Shown here in pieces: positions 9,465 through 20,106 of a stretch of 64,000 nucleotides of DNA. Where the stretch lies: the IMG/VR virus record IMGVR_UViG_3300022074_000012, positions 30,872 to 94,871 of that record. One strand, given 5' to 3'. Within the stretch, counting starts at the first letter, position 1. Every line of letters begins with the position of its first letter. The position numbers were made by a program, and so were the translations under genes. Origin of the DNA: a virus. The notes beneath the pieces were generated by a model. It saw only the letters and a list, made by a program, of their open reading frames with translations. It did no database searches and was not told the origin of the DNA.

Positions 9465-10270
9465 TTGGATTAAATTATCTTGGTAAAATGGGACAACTGG
9501 GAAATCAGATGTTTCAATATGCAGCACTTAGAGGTGTTGCGGATAGAAGAGGATTGGAATATACAGTTCCTAATCATAAAGAAGTTCTTGAAGATGGTTT
9601 AGGTAATAAACTTCGTATTGAATTGTATGATGCTTTTGATATAAACCCAAAGAATCAAGGTTTATTGCCGACTAATGAATATGTTCAAGAGGCACATTTT
9701 CATTTTGATAAAGATTTATATAATGAATGTCCAGATAATTGTTCAATAGTTGGATTCTTCCAGACAGAAAAATATTTCTTGAATATTCGTGAACAGATCA
9801 TAAAAGATTTTAAAGTTAAAAAAGAATATCGAGATGATTGTAAATCAATACTTAAACAGTTTGATAAACCAATTGCCTTACATATTCGTAGAGGTGACTT
9901 TCTAATCAATTCTTTGAATCATTATAACTTGTCAATGAAATATTATGAAAATGCTTTGGATTGTTTTGATGAAGATAGACAAGTAATTATATTTTCAGAT
10001 GATCCAAATTGGTGCTATAAGCAAAAACTATTTGCAAGTGATAGGTTTATTATAACCAAGTCTGATAGTCCTTATCATGACTTATATCTTATGACTCAGT
10101 GTGATGATTTTATAATTGCCAATTCGACTTTCTCATGGTGGGGTGCATGGCTTTGTCAGAACCCATATAAAGATGTAATATATCCACATAAGTGGTTTGG
10201 TCCTAATAATACAAGTAAATCTACTGTAGATTTATTTCCTAAAAGTTGGAGAATGATTGATGAAAACTGA
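9461..10270 (+). CDS. GT11 fucosyltransferase-like
   Basis: GQLGNQMFQYA, HIRRGD, FSDD, ANSTFSWWGAWL. Confidence 0.85.
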   Translation: MIGLNYLGKMGQLGNQMFQYAALRGVADRRGLEYTVPNHKEVLEDGLGNKLRIELYDAFDINPKNQGLLPTNEYVQEAHFHFDKDLYNECPDNCSIVGFFQTEKYFLNIREQIIKDFKVKKEYRDDCKSILKQFDKPIALHIRRGDFLINSLNHYNLSMKYYENALDCFDEDRQVIIFSDDPNWCYKQKLFASDRFIITKSDSPYHDLYLMTQCDDFIIANSTFSWWGAWLCQNPYKDVIYPHKWFGPNNTSKSTVDLFPKSWRMIDEN

Positions 10271-11138
10271 TTTAAAAAATACAACATTTATAATTCCTCT
10301 AAGAATTGATACAGGAGATCGTCTTCGTAATGTAATCCTATCAACAGCATATCTTTTATATAATTTTGATACTACGGTTATGATAAAAGAGGTTGATTCA
10401 GAACGACGTTTTGAAACATTTGCTTTACCAATAATTGAAAGGTTGGTAGATACAAATAACCTTGTTCATATCTTTGAAGAAGAGACAAGAACTGATGATG
10501 CATTTCATCGCACAAAAGTTCTGAATGATATGGTCATGGAATCTACAACTGATATTGTAGTTAATTATGATACTGATTTAATTCTGCCAGTTAGTAGTTA
10601 CACTGACGCAGTTAAAATGTTGAATGGTGAATATGATGTTGTTTATCCATTTCGTTATGGTAATCATGGTGAGAGAAAAGTAAATCTTGGATTCACTATT
10701 GAAACACAGGAAGATATGGATGACTTTGAAAACAGTGATTTTGTATCTAACTTTTTAAACAATGATTTTGATCATGAATGTTTTGATGATCGTTACTTTT
10801 ATTATCAAAGTGATAGGGGTCAGGGTTGGGCAGAGTATGGTATGGTTCAATTCTTTAATCGTCAAGTTTATATTGATGGTTACTTAGAGAATGAAGGATT
10901 TATTGCATACGCACCAGAAGATGTTGAAAGACATCATCGTTGGAAAACACTTGGATATAATATTGGAAGAGTTGACAATCATGCATATCATTTAGAACAT
11001 CAAAGAACACAGAATTCATGGTATCATAATCCCCATATGGAAAGAAATAATAAATTGTGGGAAGATTTAAAAGTACTGAGTAAAGAAGATTTAATATCTT
11101 ATTATAAAAAACAAGAGTATTATACTAATAGATTATGA
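10260..11138 (+). CDS. GT-A fold glycosyltransferase (GT2/GT7 galactosyltransferase-like)
   Basis: FIIPLRID, DTD (DxD), ENEGFIAYAPED, YHLEH. Confidence 0.7.
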   Translation: MKTDLKNTTFIIPLRIDTGDRLRNVILSTAYLLYNFDTTVMIKEVDSERRFETFALPIIERLVDTNNLVHIFEEETRTDDAFHRTKVLNDMVMESTTDIVVNYDTDLILPVSSYTDAVKMLNGEYDVVYPFRYGNHGERKVNLGFTIETQEDMDDFENSDFVSNFLNNDFDHECFDDRYFYYQSDRGQGWAEYGMVQFFNRQVYIDGYLENEGFIAYAPEDVERHHRWKTLGYNIGRVDNHAYHLEHQRTQNSWYHNPHMERNNKLWEDLKVLSKEDLISYYKKQEYYTNRL

Positions 11139-11884
11139 GTGATGTATATTTAAAGGCTTGGCATGGTGGTCTTGGTGATGCATTACAATTTTCTACCTTA
11201 CCAGAGGAGTTCTCAAAACAACAAGGAAGAAAGACATATATTGTAGCAGATGCACCTTTTAGAAATGATGGTATCTATGATTTAGTATGGGATAAAAATC
11301 CTTATGTTCATGGTAAAAAATTTGGTGAGTGGAATGCAGGTGACTTACCTTCTATTCCTTACAGAGAAGATGGTTTTCTTGAAGAGAATGGTACTAAAAA
11401 TATGATTTCTAACTGGGAAAAGTTTCATGGTCTTCAACCAACTAATAAGTATCCTAAAGTTTATTATGAACCAGAAAAAGATAAGGGTGTAAAGGATCTA
11501 TTCATTGTAGATTTTACATCTACCACTGTGAGTGATAGTAAAGAAGATGTGATCAAATGTTTAGACCAACTTAGGAATGATTATTCTGATCGTAAATTTG
11601 TATCAGTATCATTTGAAGATATTACGCCAACTAAAGATTTGAGTGACGACATTAAATTTGATGGATATATAGAAGTGGAGAATATTTTTAGATACTGTGA
11701 TTTAATATCATCAGTATATGGTTATGTTTCACTTCATAGTGGTGGTACTCATCTGAGTTCTGCATTAAAAGAATATTCACCAAACTTAAAAAGCATTTGC
11801 ATTTTATCAAAAGAGTGGTATAATGAACATGAGGTTCTAGATAATCATTTCCTTTTTGATAACATTGAGTATTTGAAATACTAA
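11135..11884 (+). CDS. GT9-like (heptosyltransferase-type) glycosyltransferase
   Basis: GGLGDALQ N-terminal motif; HSGGTHLSSA resembles DSGPxHLAAA. Confidence 0.5.
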   Translation: MSDVYLKAWHGGLGDALQFSTLPEEFSKQQGRKTYIVADAPFRNDGIYDLVWDKNPYVHGKKFGEWNAGDLPSIPYREDGFLEENGTKNMISNWEKFHGLQPTNKYPKVYYEPEKDKGVKDLFIVDFTSTTVSDSKEDVIKCLDQLRNDYSDRKFVSVSFEDITPTKDLSDDIKFDGYIEVENIFRYCDLISSVYGYVSLHSGGTHLSSALKEYSPNLKSICILSKEWYNEHEVLDNHFLFDNIEYLKY

Positions 11885-11885
11885 T

Positions 11886-12272
11886 ATGATTGACCAAATT
11901 ATTACACCATTACCAGAAGTCGTAGATAGATATACAATCTGCCAATTAAAGTTAGAGAGATTAGATCACACACAGATTGATGTTGATTCTATGAAAGAAC
12001 AACTTGAGTATTATAAGAAAGGTATAGATTTTACAAACACACAACTAATAAAATTATCTGAGGATTTATATAATATTAATGGTAGAATCTGGGATACAGA
12101 GGGATCTATCCGTGCAGGATTAGATGATGAATTAGGGTATGATGAGATTGGTAAAAGAGCAGTGCAAGTAAGAGATTTAAACAGAGTAAGAATGAGTATA
12201 AAAAATGACATCACCGAGTTAACAGGTGAAGGATTTAAAGATTGTAAAATGAATTACGCAGGAGAAGGATGA
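11886..12272 (+). CDS. DUF6165-like helical protein
   Basis: E..DR.TI..LK...L..IN..IWD.E..IR...N..R..IK..I pattern. Confidence 0.55.
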   Translation: MIDQIITPLPEVVDRYTICQLKLERLDHTQIDVDSMKEQLEYYKKGIDFTNTQLIKLSEDLYNINGRIWDTEGSIRAGLDDELGYDEIGKRAVQVRDLNRVRMSIKNDITELTGEGFKDCKMNYAGEG

Positions 12273-13243
12273 CAAAAAGTTTAGTCACAGGTGGCGCAGG
12301 ATTTATAGGATCAAATCTTGTTGACCAACTTATAGAAATAGGACATAAAGTAATTGTAATTGATAATGAGTATTCTGATGCTCATGAACAGTTCTATTAT
12401 AATGATAAAGCAGAATATCATAACTTTGATATTCGTGATGCTGCAACAAGATCCTTATATGATGATGTAGATTATGTGTTTCATATTGCAGCAGAAGCAC
12501 GTATCGGACCTTCAATCGAAAGTCCAATCGAAGCAGTAAGTATTAACTCTGTTGGTACTTGTACTGTTTTACAATATGCAAGAGAAGCAGGTGTCAAGAG
12601 AGTTGTATACTCATCAACATCATCTGCATATGGTTTACAAGAACCACCTCATGTAGAGGCACTACCAGATAATTGTCTGAATCCATATTCAGTATCAAAA
12701 GTAAATGGTGAAAAATTATGTAAAATGTATACAGATCTTTTTGGATTAGAAACTGTGATTTTTAGATACTTTAATGTATATGGAAATAGACAACCAATTA
12801 AAGGGCAGTATGCACCAGTGATTGGAATATTTTTAAGACAACTAGAGAATGATCAAGAACTCACTATCGTTGGTGATGGTGAACAAAGAAGAGATTTTGT
12901 GAACGTCAAAGATGTAGTTCAAGCAAACATATTAGCAGCAACTAAAAAATTAGATAAGGATGCTATTGGTCAGGTATATAATGTGGGTAGTGGTATTAAT
13001 TATTCTGTAAATGAAATCGCAAGTATGATATCTGATTTTTCAATTAATATTGATGCACGACCAGGTGAGGCAAAAGAAACATTAGCACACATTAGTAGAA
13101 TAAATGGTACACTAGGATGGGAACCAACTATTAAAGTTGAGGATTGGATTGCAGAGCAATTAACTCCTGATGTCCCACCCGTAAATCAAAATCTAATTAG
13201 AAGAACTTTTGATAGATTTAAAAATTGGTTACATGGTGAATAG
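12269..13243 (+). CDS. NAD-dependent epimerase (UDP-glucose/UDP-GlcNAc 4-epimerase-like)
   Basis: TGGAGFIGS, YSVSK, RYFNVYG, GDGEQRRDF. Confidence 0.85.
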   Translation: MTKSLVTGGAGFIGSNLVDQLIEIGHKVIVIDNEYSDAHEQFYYNDKAEYHNFDIRDAATRSLYDDVDYVFHIAAEARIGPSIESPIEAVSINSVGTCTVLQYAREAGVKRVVYSSTSSAYGLQEPPHVEALPDNCLNPYSVSKVNGEKLCKMYTDLFGLETVIFRYFNVYGNRQPIKGQYAPVIGIFLRQLENDQELTIVGDGEQRRDFVNVKDVVQANILAATKKLDKDAIGQVYNVGSGINYSVNEIASMISDFSINIDARPGEAKETLAHISRINGTLGWEPTIKVEDWIAEQLTPDVPPVNQNLIRRTFDRFKNWLHGE

Positions 13244-14008
13244 ATGACTTGGAATTTAATTACAGTTGCTTTTGGTGATCAAAAATATAAACAAGGGCAA
13301 CAATTTTTGACAAAACAAGCAAAGGAATATGGTGTAAATCATATAGAATATTCTGATGAAGATTTGTTTAACTCAGAACTTTATAAAGAATATCCTGAGT
13401 GGATGTCTGCTGAGAATAATTATGGTTGGTTTACATGGAAACCATACTTTATACTACAGGCTATGGAGAATTTAAAAGAAGGTGATAAAGTTCTTCTTTT
13501 AGATACTCTTGATATATTTCATCCAGACATTTTTGACTTTGTTGATGAGGTTATGGGTGATGATGTATGTTTACTACCATTAGGAAACTTTAGAAATGGA
13601 GATCATACTAAGAAAGATTGTTTTGTTTATATGGAATGTGATGATGAAGATTATCATGAATCAAAACAATTAGAAGCAGGTTTTACTTTCTGGAAAGTTT
13701 GTGAAGAATCAAAGAAAATTCTAAGAGAATGGTTAGGTTGGTGTTTAGATGAGAAAGTTAATGGAGAATTAACTGCATTTTCAAATCTAAAAGAAGATGA
13801 TGGATTTGAAGGTTGTCGTCATGATCAAAGTATTCTTACTAATCTAGCAGTAAGAGATGGTCTGTCTGTTGTGGGTCAAGATATAAGAAGTTTGATTGAA
13901 TGTAATGCTGATTATTGGTATGAAAGATATTTCAAAGGACAAGCACAATTGTATAGACCAATAGACACTCATATGGTAAAAATTAAAGATGAGGTAGATT
14001 ACTTATGA
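13244..14008 (+). CDS. Putative glycosyltransferase
   Basis: WKPYFI, LLDTLD and RHDQSILT motifs, as seen in GT-A-like proteins of glycan clusters. Confidence 0.5.
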   Translation: MTWNLITVAFGDQKYKQGQQFLTKQAKEYGVNHIEYSDEDLFNSELYKEYPEWMSAENNYGWFTWKPYFILQAMENLKEGDKVLLLDTLDIFHPDIFDFVDEVMGDDVCLLPLGNFRNGDHTKKDCFVYMECDDEDYHESKQLEAGFTFWKVCEESKKILREWLGWCLDEKVNGELTAFSNLKEDDGFEGCRHDQSILTNLAVRDGLSVVGQDIRSLIECNADYWYERYFKGQAQLYRPIDTHMVKIKDEVDYL

Positions 14009-14319
14009 GCATTTATGTTGTTGATTTAGATGGAACTCTTTGTTATACAGAACCTAATCCTGATGGTCATGGTATGAAATACTATGAAGCAACACCTTAT
14101 CCAGAAAGAATTGAAAAAATTAATAAATTGTGGGAAGAGGGACATACAATTATCATAGAGACAGCAAGAGGTTGTGGAAGTAAGATAAATCATTATGAAG
14201 ATACCTTTAATCAACTACGTTCTTGGGGATTAAAATTTAACTCTTTAAGAACTGGTGTTAAATTTGGTGGAGATTTCTTTATTGATGATAAAGGTATTAA
14301 TAGTGAGGATTTTTTTTAA
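14005..14319 (+). CDS. Small HAD-superfamily phosphatase (capsule-biosynthesis type)
   Basis: DLDGT motif I, TAR, K, IDDK motif IV. Confidence 0.8.
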   Translation: MSIYVVDLDGTLCYTEPNPDGHGMKYYEATPYPERIEKINKLWEEGHTIIIETARGCGSKINHYEDTFNQLRSWGLKFNSLRTGVKFGGDFFIDDKGINSEDFF

Positions 14320-15650
14320 TGGGTTCAGTAAATAAAATTATTAAGAAGTCACCTAATTTTGTTAAGAGTGCTTTCTATAAGTATATTCCATTCAAATATA
14401 GGTATGGAAAAGTTTATGGTGAAACTCTTGATTTTTTATTAGAATCACAACATTGGAATGAAGAAAAATTAAAAGAATATCAACTACAAGAACTTCAAAG
14501 ATTATTAAAACATTGTTATACAAATGTTCCTTACTATCGAAACATTTTTATAAAGAATGGTTGGAGTCCTATGGATTTTAAATCAGTTGATGATTTAAAA
14601 GAATTTCCTGTTCTAACAAAAAGAAAAATTATAGATCATAATCAAATGCTTATTGCAGATGATATGAGAGATAAGAAATCGTTTCCAATCACAACGAGTG
14701 GTTCTACTGGTGATAAATTAAAATTCTATGTTGATGATGATTGTCTCAAAAAAGAAGCAGCTTTTAATATGAGAGCATACATTCAACAGGGAGCAAAGAT
14801 GTATGATACTCCGAGTGTATGGTTAAGAAGATATGTACCTAAAGATAGTGAATCACCTTTATGGTATTATGATAAAGAGTTGAAGAGATTATACATGTCT
14901 GCATATCATCTTAATGATAGGACTATAGGTGATTACGTTGCCAAAATAAATGAAGGTAACTATCAAACAATGTGTACATATCCCTCTGCTGCATATATCT
15001 TTGCTTGTCTGTGTGAAGAGAATAATTTATCTCTTACAAATATTAAAAAGATTCATACAACATCTGAAGTATTGTTAGAGAAGTGGTATAATAAAGTTCA
15101 AGAGGTTTTTGGCATTACACCTTGTGGACATTATGGACAAATGGAGAAAGTTTCTTTCATGAATCAGACAGAAGATTCACGGGACTTAAAACAAAATTTA
15201 GAATATGGAGTTGATCATTTCTATGATAATGAAGATGGCACATATGGATTGATTTCAACTGGTTTTATTAATTACTACATGCCATTTATTCGATACAAGA
15301 CAGAAGATACTTTTGTAATTAAAGATGGTAAAATTAAAGATGTGAATGGTAGAAGTAGTGACATACTTGTATCTAAAGATGGTTCAAGATTGCCTGGTGT
15401 AAACTTTTACAGTTGGATTGATAAGAAAATGCCATCAATAAAACTATTTCAAATTATTCAAAAGACACATGATGATATTATCTTTAACTATGTTCAAAAT
15501 CCTGATCATAATAATGATATCACAGAGGATATATTAGGTGGTTTATCATCACGTTTAGGTAACATGAATTATTCTGTGAATAAAGTTGACGATATAAAAA
15601 GAAATCTTAAAACACAAAAGTTTAAAAACATAATCAACGAGGTTGTATGA
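14319..15650 (+). CDS. Phenylacetate-CoA ligase/CapK-family adenylate-forming enzyme
   Basis: VPYYR, TTSGSTG P-loop, YGQME, MPFIRYKTED, GRSSD. Confidence 0.8.
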   Translation: MGSVNKIIKKSPNFVKSAFYKYIPFKYRYGKVYGETLDFLLESQHWNEEKLKEYQLQELQRLLKHCYTNVPYYRNIFIKNGWSPMDFKSVDDLKEFPVLTKRKIIDHNQMLIADDMRDKKSFPITTSGSTGDKLKFYVDDDCLKKEAAFNMRAYIQQGAKMYDTPSVWLRRYVPKDSESPLWYYDKELKRLYMSAYHLNDRTIGDYVAKINEGNYQTMCTYPSAAYIFACLCEENNLSLTNIKKIHTTSEVLLEKWYNKVQEVFGITPCGHYGQMEKVSFMNQTEDSRDLKQNLEYGVDHFYDNEDGTYGLISTGFINYYMPFIRYKTEDTFVIKDGKIKDVNGRSSDILVSKDGSRLPGVNFYSWIDKKMPSIKLFQIIQKTHDDIIFNYVQNPDHNNDITEDILGGLSSRLGNMNYSVNKVDDIKRNLKTQKFKNIINEVV

Positions 15651-16879
15651 AGATAAGTTTTATTGGACTTGGAAAATTAGGACTACCTCTTGTGTGTTGT
15701 TTAGCAAGGTCAGGCAATCAAATTTTAGGTGTAGATAAGAATGAATATATTCTTGAGAAACTAAACAATAATGAATTACCTTTCTATGAGCCAGGTCTTA
15801 CTGATATATTCCCACATAATAATTTGATAGGTTTTACTGACTCATATAGTAGAGCAGTCGAAGAAGCAGAAACATCTATCATATTAGTTAATACTCAACT
15901 TGGTGATAGTGGTTACTCATCAGAGTTTGTAGAGAGTGCGTTGATTGATTTATCAGTTAATCTAAAGAAAAGTAAGAAAGATTATCATCTTATTATAATA
16001 TCATCAACTGTCTTGCCAGGATCAATTAGTAATCTTATACACTTAGTAGAAAAAATATCAGGACGTAAGTATGGTAAAGGTTTTGGTTTTGCATATGTTC
16101 CAGATTTTGTTAGGCTTGGAAATGTAATTTATGATTTTAAAAATCCAGAATTCTTTTTAATTGGTGCAAATAATCAAAGAGATATTAGTATGGTGCAAGA
16201 AATATGGAAAGACTTTCATGATAACGAACCACCACTCAAGATACTCACATTAGAAGAAGCAGAAGTAGCTAAAGTATCTTTGAATGCTTTTGTTGTAAAC
16301 AAGATTGCATTCGTAAACTTTTTAGGACAACTATGTGATGGTATGGATAATGTGAACGTACATAATATTACTGATGCCATAGGATTAGATAAAAGAATAT
16401 CACCATACTTTTTTAAGTTTGGAACACCTTATGGTGGCACATGTTTTCCAAGAGATTCTGCTGCATTTATTAGGTTTGCATCGAACCGAAAAAGAGATGC
16501 AAAGAATTTAAAATTTGCTGATGAAGTAAATGCAGATTTGTATCAAAGCATACTCGATAAATGTGTTGTATATGATAAGGTTGGTATCATAGGAATATCA
16601 TTCAAACCAAACTCACCTGTTGTTATAGGTTCTCCATCTTCAAAGTTGATACAGGATTTAATTGAAAAGAATATTACTGTATTTGCATATGATGAGTTTG
16701 ATGAATCATTCAGTAATCTTAACGGACTTGAAGACAAAATAATTAAATGTAAAACACCTCAAGAATGTGTAGACAAATCTGATGCAATTGCTATAATGCA
16801 TCCAGATAATAAATTTTCTTCACTGAATACAAGTGATAAATTTGTAATTGATAATTGGGGAGTATTAGATGGGAATTAA
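15647..16879 (+). CDS. Second nucleotide-sugar 6-dehydrogenase
   Basis: GLGKLG, YEPGL, SSTVLPG, YGGTCFPRD, FKPNS. Confidence 0.85.
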   Translation: MKISFIGLGKLGLPLVCCLARSGNQILGVDKNEYILEKLNNNELPFYEPGLTDIFPHNNLIGFTDSYSRAVEEAETSIILVNTQLGDSGYSSEFVESALIDLSVNLKKSKKDYHLIIISSTVLPGSISNLIHLVEKISGRKYGKGFGFAYVPDFVRLGNVIYDFKNPEFFLIGANNQRDISMVQEIWKDFHDNEPPLKILTLEEAEVAKVSLNAFVVNKIAFVNFLGQLCDGMDNVNVHNITDAIGLDKRISPYFFKFGTPYGGTCFPRDSAAFIRFASNRKRDAKNLKFADEVNADLYQSILDKCVVYDKVGIIGISFKPNSPVVIGSPSSKLIQDLIEKNITVFAYDEFDESFSNLNGLEDKIIKCKTPQECVDKSDAIAIMHPDNKFSSLNTSDKFVIDNWGVLDGN

Positions 16880-17906
16880 ATTTAGACAAAGTATAAACAA
16901 TCTACAGACCTATAATGTTGGTGGACGTTCTGATCTATCATCTGATTGGGAATGTTTTGATTGGAATGAATCAGAGTTTCCTCCTACAAATAAAGTATTT
17001 GAAGTAATGAAATCTTTCTATCGTTATGAAAGATATCCTGACATCACTGCAAAATTATTAAAGAGTAAATTATCTGAATATGTTTCTCTACCAGTTGATT
17101 TTATTGAGATATATAATGGTTCTGATGATGCACTGAAAGATATCATAACTGTGTTTGTAGATAAAGAAACTCATGTTCTATCTTATCAACCATCATATAC
17201 ACAAGTGAATACTTTCATCACAACAAATACAGAGAATTACATGAAAGTAAATATCAAAAATCCACTAGGTGAGCATGAATATGATTTTGATTATTGTAAA
17301 GTTGCGAATGTAGTTTATCTTGTTAATCCAAACAATCCAACAGGAAAATTATTAGAAGTAGATGAGATAGAAAAATTATTAAAAACTTATCCAGATACTT
17401 TGTTTATTGTTGACGAAGCATACTATGAATTTGCAAAACAATCTTGTAGTCATCTAGTTATATCACATAAAAATTTAATCGTTACCAGAACATTTTCTAA
17501 AGCATTTGGATTAGCATCTGTGCGATTGGGTTATTGTATGGGACATCCTGATACACTATCACACTTGAGAAAGATAAGAAATGGTAAGGCAGTAAACTCA
17601 CTTGCACAACTATGTGGAGTAGCAGCTTTAGATGACTTAGATTATCTTGATTCACGTATTGATGAAATGAATGATGCTAAGAAGTTTTTTGTTGACAATC
17701 TTCCTCACGGATACTATGCAGTTGATAGTCAAACTAACTTTGTTCTTTTAAAAACACCTGACTCTAAAGAACTTTTAAATAAAATGAAAAATAATAAAAT
17801 CCTCATAAGAGATAGAAGTTCCTTTGACAATCTTGAAAATTGTGTTAGAATAACCATAGGGTCGAAGAAACAAATCATAAGAGTTTTGGATGTAATTAAT
17901 GCATAG
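16869..17906 (+). CDS. PLP-dependent HisC/CobD-like aminotransferase or decarboxylase
   Basis: NGSDD, NPNNPTG, DEAYYEF, RTFSKAFGLASVRLGY (PLP lysine), RITIG. Confidence 0.8.
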   Translation: MGIKFRQSINNLQTYNVGGRSDLSSDWECFDWNESEFPPTNKVFEVMKSFYRYERYPDITAKLLKSKLSEYVSLPVDFIEIYNGSDDALKDIITVFVDKETHVLSYQPSYTQVNTFITTNTENYMKVNIKNPLGEHEYDFDYCKVANVVYLVNPNNPTGKLLEVDEIEKLLKTYPDTLFIVDEAYYEFAKQSCSHLVISHKNLIVTRTFSKAFGLASVRLGYCMGHPDTLSHLRKIRNGKAVNSLAQLCGVAALDDLDYLDSRIDEMNDAKKFFVDNLPHGYYAVDSQTNFVLLKTPDSKELLNKMKNNKILIRDRSSFDNLENCVRITIGSKKQIIRVLDVINA

Positions 17907-18717
17907 TATTATTGTTACCATTCATAATGGTGCAAGAAGATTGCCAAATGGTGAGATACTTTTAGAGAAGGTATTGGATGGTATTGTCAATAATACAGTA
18001 GGAGATTATGAACTCCTTTGTATGCTTGATGGTTGCACTGATGATTCAGATAAAGTTGTAAGTAAGTATGAAAAAGCAAGAGCAATCGTCTTGCCTGATG
18101 TATTTGAATTACTTACGAATAATGCAGCATTTAAAGAAGCAAAAGGTGAATATGTTATTGTAGTTCAAGATGATCAAGTCATATCTGAATATGGTTGGAA
18201 TCAAAGAATGCAAAAACCATTTGATGAGTTTGATGATGTCTTTGCAGTCACTGCAATGTGTGCACATAATTGGATTATAAATCCAAATACATATCATCTT
18301 TATAATCCTACAGCACCAGTTACTGGTTGGTGTGATATTCTAGAACATGTAGATCATGCATCAGCAGTTCATGGATTACCTCGAAATGTATTTGCTGTGA
18401 GAAGTAGTGCTAATCGAGGTCCTTTAATGATTAATCTTGATGATCTTAAAAAGATAAATTATTTGGATGAAAAATTTGCTCCTTGTGATATGGATGATCA
18501 TGACTTAATGTATAGAGCACATTTACAACTAGGTAAAGTATGTGGTGCTTATGTTATTGATATGGAGTCAGATACATCTTGGAGTGGTGCTAGAGTTACT
18601 GGAGACCTACCCATATGGGCATATAAATCACAACATAAAAACAGTAGAATCTTCTATGATAGATATAGTAGTATGTTTACTGATCGTCGTATTATTGACA
18701 ATAGAGAGTTACCATGA
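17899..18717 (+). CDS. GT2 glycosyltransferase
   Basis: SIIVTIHN, DGCTDDS, QDD, LDEKF..DDHDL. Confidence 0.75.
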   Translation: MHSIIVTIHNGARRLPNGEILLEKVLDGIVNNTVGDYELLCMLDGCTDDSDKVVSKYEKARAIVLPDVFELLTNNAAFKEAKGEYVIVVQDDQVISEYGWNQRMQKPFDEFDDVFAVTAMCAHNWIINPNTYHLYNPTAPVTGWCDILEHVDHASAVHGLPRNVFAVRSSANRGPLMINLDDLKKINYLDEKFAPCDMDDHDLMYRAHLQLGKVCGAYVIDMESDTSWSGARVTGDLPIWAYKSQHKNSRIFYDRYSSMFTDRRIIDNRELP

Positions 18718-19310
18718 GAATTGAATTAGAACGTTGGCAAGCTGCTCAAACAGAAGAGTTTAGTCATCATCAGGATCTTAGAATAGAAGCATACATTACT
18801 GCGACTAATGTTATTGCAAAATATTTTGGTATAGATTATAAAAAAGATTTCAAAGATAAAGTAATTGTTCAAGTTGGTGCAGGACCAAGAGGATCTATTC
18901 TCAGTACAGAGGGTAATTTTAAAAGAGGTTTGATAGTCGAACCACTTATAGATCGTTGGCCATCTAATATTAGAGAAGATTATGAGAAGGTAGGTATTGA
19001 AATTATCGCAGCACCTTATGAAGACTTAGATATAGATGAGAAGGTAGATGAAACATGGTTCTTTAATGTAGTTCAACATGTATTTGATCCAAAGGAACAA
19101 TTAGAACTTGCAAAGAAAACATCTAAAGTTGTTCGTGTATTTGAACCTATTGGAACTGGAACTGATACTGCACATCCACATTACATTACTGAAGAAACAT
19201 TCACTGATGTATTAGGTAACTTCGGACAAATCTTTAAGGGTGGAACTGAAGATGGTTTCTTTAGTTGTGATTGTTATTATGGGACTTGGTATGAATCTGA
19301 TAACGTTTAG
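18714..19310 (+). CDS. Class I SAM-dependent methyltransferase-like
   Basis: VIVQVGAGP (motif I-like), VEP, FNVVQHVFDP. Confidence 0.55.
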   Translation: MRIELERWQAAQTEEFSHHQDLRIEAYITATNVIAKYFGIDYKKDFKDKVIVQVGAGPRGSILSTEGNFKRGLIVEPLIDRWPSNIREDYEKVGIEIIAAPYEDLDIDEKVDETWFFNVVQHVFDPKEQLELAKKTSKVVRVFEPIGTGTDTAHPHYITEETFTDVLGNFGQIFKGGTEDGFFSCDCYYGTWYESDNV

Positions 19311-20106
19311 TTTATTTGGAGATAATCCACTTTATTGTCAAGGTGCAGTAGAGAATGCAAACACTGCAAGAGTCATCTACCCTGAGTGGACTGCAAGATT
19401 TTATGTCGCTCAAGATGTACCAGAACATTATATTGAAGAGATAGAAGATTATGGTGCAGAAGTTGTAAGATGTGAAAAGAAAAATTCTTATGATGGACTG
19501 AACTGGAGATTCAGACCTCTTCATGACCCTGACGTAGAATATTGGATAAGTCGTGATGCAGATAGTCGATTAAGTTGGAGAGAAAGAAATGCAGTAGATG
19601 AGTGGATGGAGTCAGATAAAGCAGCACATCTACTTCGTGATTGTCATAATCATGGTTATACAATCATGGCAGGTATGTTTGGTATTAATAATAAATTATT
19701 TCATAAAAGATATGGAATGATTAACTTAGACAATATTAATGCAAATTACAGAGAGGCAGATCAAACTGTCTTAGAACAACATCTTTGGCCACTAATTAAA
19801 GATGATCATGTTTGTCATGATCATTGGAGGAACTCTGAGATTGTCGGTGAACCAACTTACCAATTAGGAGATCATGTTCATTACAACAAAGCATATGGTG
19901 TTGGATTAAAATATTATTTAAAAGAACATGTATATAAAGTTTTGAGTAACATATATCCAGAGGGTCAAGATAGTCGTCCGTTCCCTGATCATTTACCTAT
20001 GGAACATGGTATATTTGTTGGACAGGTTATAGAAGTTGATGGTAAACCTAGAATGAATATGGATGTTCGTTGGGAATATGAACTAAGAGGTTTATCTTAT
20101 GAGTAG
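19291..20106 (+). CDS. Putative glycosyltransferase/glycan-modifying protein
   Basis: ITFSLFGDNPLY, WRF, SRDADSR (DxD), IMAGMFG, DQ..L...LWP. Confidence 0.5.
   Translation: MNLITFSLFGDNPLYCQGAVENANTARVIYPEWTARFYVAQDVPEHYIEEIEDYGAEVVRCEKKNSYDGLNWRFRPLHDPDVEYWISRDADSRLSWRERNAVDEWMESDKAAHLLRDCHNHGYTIMAGMFGINNKLFHKRYGMINLDNINANYREADQTVLEQHLWPLIKDDHVCHDHWRNSEIVGEPTYQLGDHVHYNKAYGVGLKYYLKEHVYKVLSNIYPEGQDSRPFPDHLPMEHGIFVGQVIEVDGKPRMNMDVRWEYELRGLSYE

Noticed and set aside
16869-17906. Bona fide hisC for histidine biosynthesis
   Set aside because: No other his genes are present and the gene is embedded in a glycan operon, so the gene symbol was withheld.
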